Positions 25,685 to 37,936 of a stretch of DNA of 64,000 bases are shown piece by piece; positions within the stretch are counted from its first letter, which is position 1; each line of letters opens with the position of its first letter. The position numbers were made by a program, and so were the translations under genes. The stretch spans positions 82,026,001 to 82,090,000 of the forward strand of contig CM060732.1 in NCBI GenBank assembly GCA_030704615.1. Direction: 5' to 3'. The stretch comes from Takakia lepidozioides (taxonomy: Eukaryota > Plantae > Bryophyta). A model generated the notes under the pieces. That model saw only the letters and a list, made by a program, of their open reading frames with translations. It was not told the origin of the DNA and did no database searches.

Positions 25685-27322
25685 TAGTCCATAACATACC
25701 AAACTCGTCAAGGTAGCAGGATTTGACCCCAGAATCACAGGGCCCACCCCCACAGAGGGCAGTAGCTGCAAGGCTAAGTGGCTCTCAATTAGGCCGGCTT
25801 CGGCCGGAGTCTTTTCTCTCTCTCACACACCCCAGAGTCCTCTGGGGCACTTACTGCACTATGCAAGTCACTCTCCAGCTTTGCAATGAACTTTGAATGG
25901 ACGAAATATGTTGAGATATTCATACTGAATGGATGAAAACGTCCTTAAGGGATGCATAGGCCAACTTTACAACACGAAGACGGCGACACCTTGGCTCTCT
26001 TCTTCGCAGTCTCGTGGGATTGCAAGCCCGGCATGGCCTCCTTGCAAGGCCACAACGGAGAAGCTGCAGCTGTGCCCATAATCTCGCTGCACAGCAGTCC
26101 TGTGGATCGATCGGTCAAAGTCTGTATGCTATATATGTAAACGGAGTGGGGCCCGGAGGCATGGCGGACGGGGAGCGTGAGCTTGGGACGAGGAGCCTTG
26201 CAGGGCAGGTGCCCCCTTGCATGGCTGCCAGCTTTTGGGATAGCCGTTGGCCCACTCGCAGCCCATCACTCTGACGCAACTCCATGTCGGGAGTACTTCC
26301 TTGATTGTGCACTATCACGGTGGTTTGGCTTCTCGTGGTTCTACATGACCGCTGGATGCTGGACATGTATGCACTATCGAATATTCACATAAGAAAGACA
26401 AGATCTGGTCAGCCTACCTCACAGTTCCTGATCACAGTTTCTGAATACATGAAGTGTGATGTGGAGCTTTCAATTGTACGTATGTAGATAACTCTCATCA
26501 GCAAATAACCACATTGACCCAATCCCATGATCCGCTAACAGGACAAGCGCACATTCCCGACTGAGGAAAGGGGATGTATACTAGGATGGAATCCCAGAAG
26601 AGACACATCCATTTGTCCAGTCCAGACCCTTTTGCGATGGAGGTGCAATAAGCGCTCCTTATAAAGGCCAGAACTACCCCAAGCCTTTATCAATGGTTAC
26701 CATATAATTCCATATGTCACCAGGCTACAGTTCCTGGAACACAGCTTTAGGCAGAGACAGAGAATCTGGGTGGAGCGAGGCCCTGCTGACGCGGATCGGA
26801 TAAGCTCCCCTGTTTTCTATTGTCGGCAGTCTGGCATCGTTTCGTAGCTGTCCAGCAGTTCGTCGTTTCAGACTTTCAGTACAACCCTCTTTATATAATC
26901 CCATGTATTTCATTAATTTGCACCTGGTGTAGTGAGCAGTCTCTCTTCAGCTCGCATCATCATCAACAGCGCATATATTAGTATTCTGTCTGGACGCCGC
27001 CTCGTCGGCATAGTAAGGGCCACGTTTCTCCGTGGTTATTGGCCGCTGAGTCCACTGTCCCACCGTCTCGATTTCATTCAACTTCAATTTTATCCCGAAC
27101 TGTTCTTGGGAGTGGCTAGCCAATCCAATCATGTGCCAGCAGTTAATCCAGATTCCCAGGACCAAAACGATGCGACAAGACTACGTACAGTGGGTCCTCT
27201 TAAATAGCATTCTATCCATGTTTCTCTTGAGATACACAGAGCATTCTCTCCCAGATACTTGTGTCTGTGTCCAGTCTGCATGGTTTTTGCCTTGACCTTT
27301 GGGCTGCAACTTTCATAGCAAA

Positions 27323-29233
27323 ATGGGCTCGCTGATGGCCGGTTGGGACACCCATCCTGTGGATACTCAGAAGGGTAAGAACTACGTGCTGAAACTGCGC
27401 TTTCTTTGATGTTTGGCAGGAACGTTTTGAATAATCTAGATACCCGCTAGATACATTACCAATTGATCTGGAAAGTATTTGAGAGAGAACGATTCATTTC
27501 ACAGTCTCTTTCCTAGATAAGCCTATTATGCCCCTTTAGTGCCTCCCGTCCTCATACTCGGTTACAACTGCAAGCATGCAACGGCCCAGGTAACGATCAG
27601 CTGAGTCCACTTCGTATTGATTGATATCTACTCATTCACAACCCTATTAAGGTACAGATTTGACGATGATACTTGTATACATGTATGTGCATTTTCACTC
27701 TCTCACGTAAGCTTCTAGCGAGAGGGAGGGATAGATTTGTCCTAGATTTGTTAAGTTCCCGGGAGGCCGAGAGAGAGAGAGAGAGAGAGAGAGTGAGTGA
27801 GTGTGTGTGTGTGTGTTTGTGTGGCATGAGTGCCTGTCCGTATTCCCCAACTGTATTATAGTCGCCTCCTTGTGCATATGCAGCGCTAATGCGGAGTAAA
27901 ACATCGTTGACCAAGGAGGAGATAGAGGCATTCTGGCGATCCAAACAACGGGCGATGGAGGAACATTTAAGGGAGGCGGCTGCTCAGAAAGTTGTCGGCC
28001 AGGCTGATGAGGTGCAGACCCCTTTTCCCTCTTTTATAATTTCGATGTCTTTTGCTTCAAGCTTGGGTTGATTTCCTGTCAAGATGAGATCATGCACCTC
28101 CACAAGCTGTCCAGAGTCATAGAGAGGGAAACACATCAAGTGAAAGTTCAAAGAGCTTAGCACTAGATGAGGAGATTGAAGAAGTGAAACCCGAGATAGA
28201 GATGATGACTTCCAGCACTTGAAGTTTGCAATTAAGATCTGGAACGACTTGAAAGTTAACAGCTGCTTAGCAGAAAACAATTTCACTCTTCTCTACTTCA
28301 TTCTCCGGTCTCCCTGGAGACGGTGAAGAGAGAGACGAAATAAAATTGTTCATTGAAATGAAATGTAGGAGCTCCAAAGTTTCTCGGTCCATGTCAAGGA
28401 CAAAACTGAGACCATGTCCAACAAGGATTTTCCTATTCCTTTTTCACACACTGGCTTCATGATTGAATCTGTTTTATGTAACTTACAACTTCAAGAAATC
28501 TGTACAAAACTTCAAAACAATTTATCACAGCCTTGAAGACTTTCAGCTTGTTTTGCTACATACACTTCAGAAGTATCGTCTTCCTTCTCTTTCTTTAAGT
28601 TCTCCAGAGCTGTGTACGCTTCCAGCAATCTCGAGAAATATATGAATTGCTGCATGCGAATGATCCAAACATCGTAGTTTGACGATCTTATCATCTAAGT
28701 ACTTGTTACTCTCATGAATGTTCCTCTGTGTCCAATTTAATGTTGCATGCGAACGTCAAGATCCAATTCACATGCGATGTACTGATGTGAGATCCAATTT
28801 TTTGGCCGCAGACTGGACCTAGAACGGAGTTGCCAACCAGTCCGACAGAGAAGGCTGTCCAACTGCTCGAGGAATGGAAGCAGCCCACTGCCAGTAGCCG
28901 GGACTGGTATGAGCTTTCTGACATCCTCCATGATTTCTGATTTCCCCATGACACGAAGGAGACTTCTATAACTTGAGAGCCTTGCAATTGCAATTGCCTT
29001 TGCTGGCAGAAAGAGACAAGTGATCAACATAGTGGCCAGTAGCCTTGAGAGCCCTGAACACAGGCGTCTGCAGTAGCTAAGGTGGTAAGCCTGTTTCATA
29101 TTTTCTTGACAGGTGGACAAGGAGCAACTCGGCCTTCCTCAACGATCCTCCGGAAACCGATTGGAAGAATCCTTCCAACAGCAAGTATGCGCCCCAGTTT
29201 CATGTGGCTGACCAGGTGCCCCAAAGCTTATAG
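27323..29233 (+). CDS. Small conserved plant protein of unknown function (MGSLMAGWD / SLTKEEIEAFW / WWTRSNxAFLNDPP family). Exons 27323-27374, 27884-28011, 28812-28906, 29113-29233
   Basis: Four phase-consistent exons encode about 131 aa carrying the three motifs typical of this land-plant family. Confidence 0.88.
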
Positions 29234-32200
29234 AGGAAGAGGGGCGACTTCAGTGCTGGCCAACATGTACATGTATCAATTGCTTGTGTCCAGTCTGTTT
29301 AAACATATTAACTTATATCTTTCGTAGATCATGGTGATATACTTAAGTCTCGTCAGAGAGGTGGACAGAGGGCATGGAAGAATCTAGACACCGGATTTCA
29401 ACTGGTTTCCATGGCCAAGTCAGAAGTGGGTTTGGGTTAGATCCAGGATGTGAGGCAAGTCATTCTATAGCTCGAGTTGTCGAGATCGGTAACTTCGAAA
29501 CCAAAAACCAAGGCATGAATTCTCAACCCAAGGGTCGCATACTAGACACAAGACCTCGAACCGTTGAGACGACAGGGGCTTTTCCAATCCATCTCGGAGC
29601 CAGTATAGCCGCAGTCTAGATCCGAGAAACAGGCACACGTACATGTACTGCAAATATTCCAAGTCCAGTACTTGCGTTGTACATACTAACAACTACTGTT
29701 CACTGTTGTGAAGCGTAAAAGAAACAAAGGCCCAAGTTTTGATTGCAAAGTGTGGAAGGTGACTCTATGCCTAGAAACTGGGGTGTGCCTCAACTTGCGC
29801 AATGAAATAGAAGATGTATTGGCGCCCAGTCTGAGTCAGATAATGAGGTTCCACTGTATTTCATATGATATTGCCAATTGATATACCATTTGATGCCTTG
29901 GACGAGTTTGGGTCACGTCATTCAGCCTGTCACACTGACCATTGAGCTCGTATCACTGTGTATCGATTGTTCCTCGTCAGGAATGGCTATCTATTGTCTC
30001 AAAAAACAGGTTGAAAGAATAGACATTGCAGCCTTTGTAACCAAGAAACCAAATATGTAACAAAGAGCTCTACTGGAGGCAACTTGATGCGGTTGTCCTC
30101 CTCACTGCATTTTCTAAGAAGATGATACGCGTAATGCTTAACAGAGCAGGTAGGCCGATCAGTTGGTACTGTAGTGTGTCAGGGATCCTTCGGTTGCTGG
30201 TTTGAATCCGGACGGCAGGTCCTGGCAGCATTTCTTCTGGGCTTCCATAATTTTGGTGTATATAAGTTTTGCAGCTCCACTTTCCATCAGTGTGAAAGAA
30301 AGAAACAAAGAAGCATACTTTGGAACGTCCACGGGAAGCTCAATGAAAGCAGGATACGAGAGGAGTGTGCCATGGAACAGTCAGGACCAGGACGGCTTTC
30401 GGGTCTCGAGTAGCGCTTTACAGTACATTATGTGAAGAGAGCGGGGATGGGGGGTAAGGGGAGTGTCATGCCATCAACGACCTCAAGAAAACGTGACTCA
30501 TACTCACACATTGTACAGTTACATGTGGACAATTAGAAGCATAAATTAGCACTCTGTCTCCAAGCAACCTTCAAATGGGGTTGTCTAATATGTTCTCCGG
30601 TAGACTACCCATGGCCATGAACACAATATATTTCCTTACTCCTCTCTCTTTGTCGATGTTACAGAGTATTCTTTCTTGGGCCAAGTTTGCTTGCTCATCT
30701 GAAGGACCACCCCAGCTCTTTAAATGCTTAAAGAAGTTCTGCAACGAAATAAGAGTGGGATTCGCTGAAACGAAGATCATGCAACACTATGTAGAGCTCT
30801 GATACATGAGAGTTTGGGGAGAAGGGATGTACCACGTGGAATGCTCGATGTGAGGCCTTCTCTGACGGACCTGATCACGAATGCCAGTGTATAGTCTACA
30901 TATGTTTTTCCTTGTGTGCTGTGAATCCAAACTCCTCTACCCTTGAGCACTGGGAATTCTATCTCCTCCTTATTTACCCTTATTAGCAGTATTGTGGGAG
31001 ACTCTCTTACTTGCGACTGTGCATTGAGTTCGTGCTTCATGTGGTGCTGCCTCTTCAGCTCTGCAAGTTTCAGGTGCGCTCTAAAAATTGCCTACCCACT
31101 ACTAGATGGAAATATGCATGGCTTGCTTCAGTGGAGAGAGATACAGGAACACGTAAGTTTCAAACCAGAGAGACTTCTATACCCACAAAGCCACAGACTG
31201 AAATCAGAATTCTCTCTGCAAAATAAAGAAGATGCTCTGGTGAATGCTCATTGATTTTCATGTCATGATAGGACTGCTTTAACTAGAAAGGAAGTCTCAG
31301 GAATGGAATAAGACTTCATCAACATTAGCGTTCTGGACACCTCTTTATCGATCAGGCTCCATTTGCTTTTCCCTCTCCCCTAGTCATTACGGCCACTCTT
31401 CCATCATCATCCTGAAATGGGTAAGTACTACTCCTTCTAAGGCCGCAAGTGCTCTCTGATACTACATCTCTCTTACACTCTGGGGCCCTAAGAGTCTAGC
31501 ACCTAGCTAAGAAACGAAATCGGATTAATTAGTGAAAGGCTTCGATAAAAATAGTTTAAGATTAGTATCTAGTTGTAATCTCATGGCAGATACGGAGAGG
31601 CATACGATGTGCGTAGTGTTGTGTGTGTGGGTGCGATAGCGAGGCATAAGGGAGGAATGGCGGTGCTTGCGGTCTCAGCTGCTTGTGGGCGTTGCTGGAT
31701 ACCCGGTACCCTCTCTTCCTATTTTCGTCTCACACATTTCTTTGCATGTCCCGCAGATTCTATCGGCTGCAGGGAATCATGGTCCATGACATTCTCTACA
31801 GTGTATGTTCAGCGAGCGGACATTGTTTGAGTGCATTTTGCTGGCTCTACTGAGAGCGTGCCCATTTGTCTTTGATGTTTTGCTCACTAGTCTCACCAAT
31901 GTATGACCTTTATCAACCTTGTCGTCCTGGAAATGAAATAGAATTGGTTTGTGACCATCCATATGTTTTTCTCTGGAACTCGTGGCCACTCAATGTCTGC
32001 AGAAGCCGTAGCGCACAAGACCCTGAGTGTTGTGGAAGGCGGGAAGTTTCGATTACCTGCATTCTCAACAACGCGGCAGCATGGGAATGCTTGTTTGGCA
32101 TCCAGTTCTTCATGTCAAATGTATGGTAGTGCTGAGTTTGGTACGTTCTCTCACCCGGGGTTCTCCTCTGCTCAGCTGCACCAGCTCACAAGTGTGTTTC

Positions 32201-33131
32201 CGAAAGAGTTATGAGTCTTGCAGTCTGAAAATCTCGTTGAATGGGAGAGATGAATTATGTGGGATCGAGGGGCATCTGTGTCTTTGCAATGCATCGCACT
32301 TACGAGGGAGAACTCTGTTTGCACCTCTTTCCCTCTGTCTCCAACTATGGCCCTTCTTGGATCCGAATCATGGGGTCTATTGTCAAAATTGCTGGGTGCA
32401 CTGGTGAATGTCCAATGAAACATTTGGATAAACTGAAAATCCACAATTGTAAGCCACTGCAACAGCTGTGCCCACCCTCCCACCTCCAGACCTTCCAGTT
32501 TTCCCCTTTGTCTCTACAAAATTGTGGGTTTGATGGGTCAAAAACTGTGGTTAACACAGTCTAGAGAGCACCTCAGGGCCTATATCTCTCACTCTCTATA
32601 TGAAACTTCTGGAATTATACAATCCTCTTCTATCTCTCTATCAATTCTTGTCCTGTGTCTACTGCACTATGCATAGTACTGGAAACTGTTCCATGATTTG
32701 TCTTGTGATTTGTGTGTTTCAATCTCATCCTTTTGTCTGGGTGAGGGAGACAGAGAGATTTGGTCCTGATTTTTTGTCTTGTGACTGTATTGGCTACTTC
32801 CAGTTTTGGAGAGAGGGGAAGAAATGAGAGAGAGAGAAAAGAACCAATTGTTGTGGCTTGGCCTCTAAGGACCTTGTGGGATATGGTTCATTCCTAAGCT
32901 AAAGAGGTCTCTCAGCTTTGGGTGTCTTATGATACTCAAATCCATGGTACAAACATGCTGTTTGGGAGCAGCTTCAGGTAGGTGGACTTCAGCCAGGGTG
33001 TCCATACCACAGGTCACAAAGACAAGCTGGTGATGAATCAAATCATGTAAGAAATTGAAGTCACGAAAAACAGAGGCTGGCTAATGAAATGAAATGAAAT
33101 GATGCTTTATATTATGCTTTATGGAGAGAGA

Positions 33132-35660
33132 TTGTACTCATAAGACGTTGTTTGCCGTAGCCTTGTGGCCATTGACCCCGCGCCCAGTTTGAGCGGGAAC
33201 AAAAGGGACAGAACCTACCTCTGTCAGGGGCTGACGTTGGTAGTGTGACTTACCATCATATATAGAATTAATCCGGGTTTTCCAGATATCCTCTAGAAAT
33301 CCCTTCACACAAGCATCAATCTGCTGTATGTGATTTGCCCAAAAACTAGGCCTCAGGAGGGCCTGGGCTTTTGGCTCAGCCTCGAGACTTTCAAAGTTGT
33401 TAAACAGGGGTACAGGCACAATTCCCTTGATAGAATTGAAGAGAGCGTCTCTTTGGTGAGAGAACCCCGGACAGTGTATCAGAAAGTGAATACTGTCTTC
33501 AGATTGCCCACAGCGGGCAATTGCACTCTCCCTTTCCTCTCTGCTTCTGTTTGCTGTTCAAAGGTAGGCTTCCTGCCCTGAGTTTAAATTTCAGTCTAGT
33601 GCCGAGAGTGGGTAGACCCTTGAGGTCATCCAAGATGTCCTCCCCCATGTCACTGACTGGAAACAAGTTCAGGGAAGTTTTCTGCCTAACTTCATTTTCA
33701 TCAGACAATCTCATGGCAACAGACATGGCTGAGGACACTACAGCCTCTAAGTCAGATTTATCCAGCAGGGTCAAGACTTGCGGATCCAGGTCCAGGTCCT
33801 TGAGAATCTCTTCTACTCTCTTCTGCCAGGACTTAGCCTGTTTGACAGGGCGGTCCTGTTTCCAAGATATAGAGTCGATTAACTTAGGATATCTGGTGTT
33901 GGGCATATGTTGCAGCTGACCCCACCATCTGACCTTGAATTCATCTCGTCGGGAGCTTAAGGACGGAATGCCAAACTCACCCCGAACGCCACATTGGCTG
34001 TTTTGGAGCATGCTGACATACACTCCTTAAGCACCCCCACTTGAATGGATTCTAGAGACTTAGCCTGGTTGGAGTTATCAACCCATATAGCAGATCCGTA
34101 CTCCAAGGCAGGTCTAATAACGCGACAAAGCATGGTTTTCTTAACCTCAGAGTTGACCCCTCTGCAGTGGAAAAATTTAGTGAGCCCCAGAGCTTTGCCC
34201 TTGCCAGTTTGAACAACTTTCCGGATATGTGCATCCCAATTACAATTGGAGGAAAACTCAACGCCCAGGTAAGTGTAGGAAGGGAGGACCGGGATCTCTT
34301 GGCTACCCCACTGCCACTTAAGATCACTTCCTCCCTCTCCTCTGTCGTTGAATGCTACCACTGCACATTTGCTGACATTAGCCTCTAGCCCCCAAAGATC
34401 AAAGTATCTCTTCGCGCAATCAATCAACTCCTGGAAATTGGTTGGAGTCTCCCCTATGCCTGCGAAGTCATCCGCAAACATAAGGGCTGGTATGGTGGTA
34501 TCACCCACCCTTAACCCAAATCCCTCACTTTCCACATCCTCGAGGAGTTGATTGATGAAAACATTGAAGAGCAGAGGGGAGAGAGTACATCCTTGAGCTA
34601 CACCTTGGTCTATGTCAAATAAGTTGGACTTCTGTCCGTTACAGTGACACAGCTTTTGGTGTGAGCATACAAGTTGTGGACAACTCTCCACATCTTTCCC
34701 TTGATCCCACAAGACCAGAGGCGGAACCATAGGCCATCTCTCCACACTGTGTCATAAGCCTTTTTGACATCCAGGAAAGAAACATAAGTGGGTTTCCCTT
34801 CTTTTTTCCTTCCCTGGATAATCTGGCTTAGAGTGAAGATCCACACAGCCTCTGTTTCGCCGAAAGCCAGCTTGGCCTTCGTGGAAACAACCTCTAGACT
34901 CCAGATCAACCTCGAGACGAGTACTTATAACTCTGCAGAATGTCTTGCCAACAGCATTGAGGAGCGTGATGCCACGGTAGTTTCTCTGTCACCCTTCTTG
35001 TATAGATTGACAATGACCCCCTGTCGCCAGCGAAAGGGGATCATTTCAGTCTTCCAGATAAGGTTAAAGAGGAGAACTAGGGCCTCTATCATGGGATCGC
35101 CACCGTGCTTGATAAGCTCGTTGACAATACCATCAGGTCCACCAGCTTTATATCCATTTAAATGTTCAATTGCTTCCACAATCTCAGAAGAACTAATGGG
35201 AGCATTATAAGCCATTGAAATATACTCCAGTTCATCAGGGCTGTTTGAATCATAGGAACAGTTTTTCCAACTGTGTCCCTCCTTTCAGCAGAAGACCCCT
35301 CACTGTTAGACCTAGAAGTTCTGCCAAGGATACTGTAGTGAGTTTCAAAGGTTTTGACAATGTCAACCGATGAAGTCACCACTGCACCTTTAGTAGTCTT
35401 CAGTGCTTGTACTTGCTGACCGGTTTTTGGCTTGTACAAACGTTGAAGGGCCAACCAGAATTTCTTGTCATTACCACCATGGTGGTTTGAGTTTATTTCA
35501 CTGTATAACTTGTCCCAGTATAATTTCTTCTGAGACCTAACAAGCTGATTGATATCTTTACGGAGCTGGTAGTACCTCGCCCACAATTCTCTGTTGGTTT
35601 CCAAATTGCAGCACTCTTTATAGAGGGCTCGTCCACTGCTCTTTCAACTTTCTCTCTTCA
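33132..35660 (-). mobile_element. 5'-truncated non-LTR retrotransposon (RT ORF2 with frameshifts; RTE/RTEX-like by inference)
   Basis: RT motifs KAGGPDGIVNELIK, FLDVKKAYDTVW, GVAQGCTLSPLLF, LMFADD and YTYLGV, then a C-terminal Cys/His knuckle. The reading frame ends at 33138. 14-bp TSD TTTATGGAGAGAGA at 33118-33131 and 35661-35674. Confidence 0.92.
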
Positions 35661-37936
35661 TTTATGGAGAGAGAGAGAGAGAAAGAGAAAATGAATTGGA
35701 TGTTAACCCTGTTATTTTCTGATTGCAGCACTGAGAGTTCCCACGACATTAAGGAAGCAGAAGGAGAGGGTTCAAACAGCAGGTGTGCGGTGCCAGGGAG
35801 CAGGTGATGGAGGCGCAAGCAACAGTTTGGACATATGGCTGGGGCGTGGTGCCATGCTGGCCTTTGTAACAGCAATCGGTGTCGAAATTGGCACTGGCAA
35901 GGGAGTTTTAGAGGTAGTTTCTTTGTCCCTCTCTCTCTCTGTTGGATCTGTTTCTGTAGAGGGGGTAGATGAGAGAAAGTCCCTCCAATCCCTCCAGAAT
36001 GATAGCGCACGTAGTCTGTCGGCCAAGGTATACGGGGGATGCTTTTCTAGCCAACCAGAATTGCATTTTGTCTCATGAGATGGCAGGAATTTATCCTGTC
36101 CAACTGCCCCTATAACTTTCTTGTCTTCCTCCAGCGGAAGAGGAGCACGTGACTCTTGCAAATAGGGTTGAACAAATGAACGATGGACTAATAATATCAA
36201 TGGAGCACCTCTATATATTAGAAGGTCACTGAAACTGTTATCATAACCTGATACTGTCCCATTCAAACTGTCCAAGGAACAATCAAACTTCAAAGAGCGA
36301 ACAAACTGCAGTGTTGTCTGTGCATCGATGCACCTATATATTTCAGACTATTGCTAATGCTATAATGGCCCGCTGCTTAGATTTTCTCAAACTGTCTCAT
36401 ACCATCAATAATCTAGTGAACAGACAGTGGTACTGTCTGTTGATTGTGTCCAACTCATGGGGGATATTGCCAAGGATTTGCACTGATGTTTCCAAAGAGT
36501 ATTGTTTGCATCGACCCTTGTCAGTGAATGTATTCTTAGCTCCCAGCCTTTGTAGTGACACTCTAAGGTCTCTAAAGTTTGAGTGTACATGACTCTGAGA
36601 TTGGTCATGATTTTCAGGGAGTAGTCAACAAGTCGTTACAGTGTTGGTGGTTCCTGTTAAATTCTTGGTAGAAATTTTATCAGCAAGTTGATCTTAATTC
36701 ATCGGTTGTGCAGAGTGCTGGCCTCACGACTCCTTTGCCAACAGTGGCCTTGGGCCTCGCAGCTTTCGTGGGTGCTATCACTGCCTTTGGGATTTTCCGC
36801 TCAGGTTCAAAGGTCTGATCTTGTAGTAATGATTCTGTGCCACCTGATTAATGAAGAAGACTGATCACTGTAAAAAATAGATAGGATTGATCCTTTTGCT
36901 GTGCAATGTATATGGAAGACATCGCCGCTGAGAAAGCATAACATGTGTTTGGATTGTTGGTATGCGTCTTAAAGGATCGATCCCATATTCGCTGCTCTCT
37001 CCAGGTAAAACCCTGAAATGGTAGATGTATTGATTGAATGGCAATGGGATTTCTATATCTATCAGTGTCGGCAATCTCGCAAAGCTTGAGAGGTGTCATG
37101 CAGAGATGTAACAGACCTCCTTAGCATATGTGCCATGGTGAGCCGCTGCAGCTACGTGACTCTAGACAACCAGAGATGTGCTGGAACAGCGCCTCCCTAC
37201 AAGAACCATCTGTGTCCTGTGCCTGTCTTTTCACTTTCAGTTTGGCAGCTTGATTCTTTGTTTATGTTCTGATGAAGCCTTGCTCAGTGTATCGAATCGA
37301 CACCAATTAAGGGTTCTGGAAGTGTCACCTAGTCGAAATTCAGTAGTGACTGTAACCTTTCCCTATGGTGTTTCCTGCTTAGTTTCTCTTTTTTTCATTT
37401 CAAGATATGAATGTAGTGTGAGGTCCTGAAGGCTCCCCAATGTCGTCATGTCATATAGAGTGCATCTTCCTTATCTCTGTCAATCCTGGGGAGAAAGGAA
37501 ATCCAGGTGCCCAATGAACCAAACCTAAGAGGCATCTTGTTGCATGTTTGCTCGACGGTGGAAATTTGGATGAGCCTCCTTTCAACTGATGTTTGCTCCC
37601 AATTGCTCCCAAAGTGAAACACCCCCAGTTTGTAGCCCCCTCAGTTAACGGCCAGGCCCTAAGGGATCTTCAATTTTTGAAGATTATGTCATGTGATAAC
37701 TAAAGGATTTATCAAGCTGATTTCATACAAAAGACACTTATTCCCACTCAATCAGCTGGAAGGGTTTTGTCTAAACAACAACACACACACAAACAACAAT
37801 GGCTGTGTCTCAACTCCATTCACAGATTTTGATAAAAACTTAGACCTCAGTGGGACCAAGAATGGAACACTTTCTGATCACAAGGTGTGGAAAGCCCATG
37901 TACAATGGTCATGAGACCTGCTCCTGCTAAGAATGC

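Noticed and set aside
30100-32600. Short ORFs including an LRR-like phrase (LDKLKIHNCKPLQQL)
   Set aside because: A single weak repeat and no coherent gene model.
35772-37150. 173-aa minus-strand ORF and neighbours as LINE ORF1 or a host gene
   Set aside because: It lies outside the LINE TSD and has no recognisable domain; adjacent frames are interrupted by stops.
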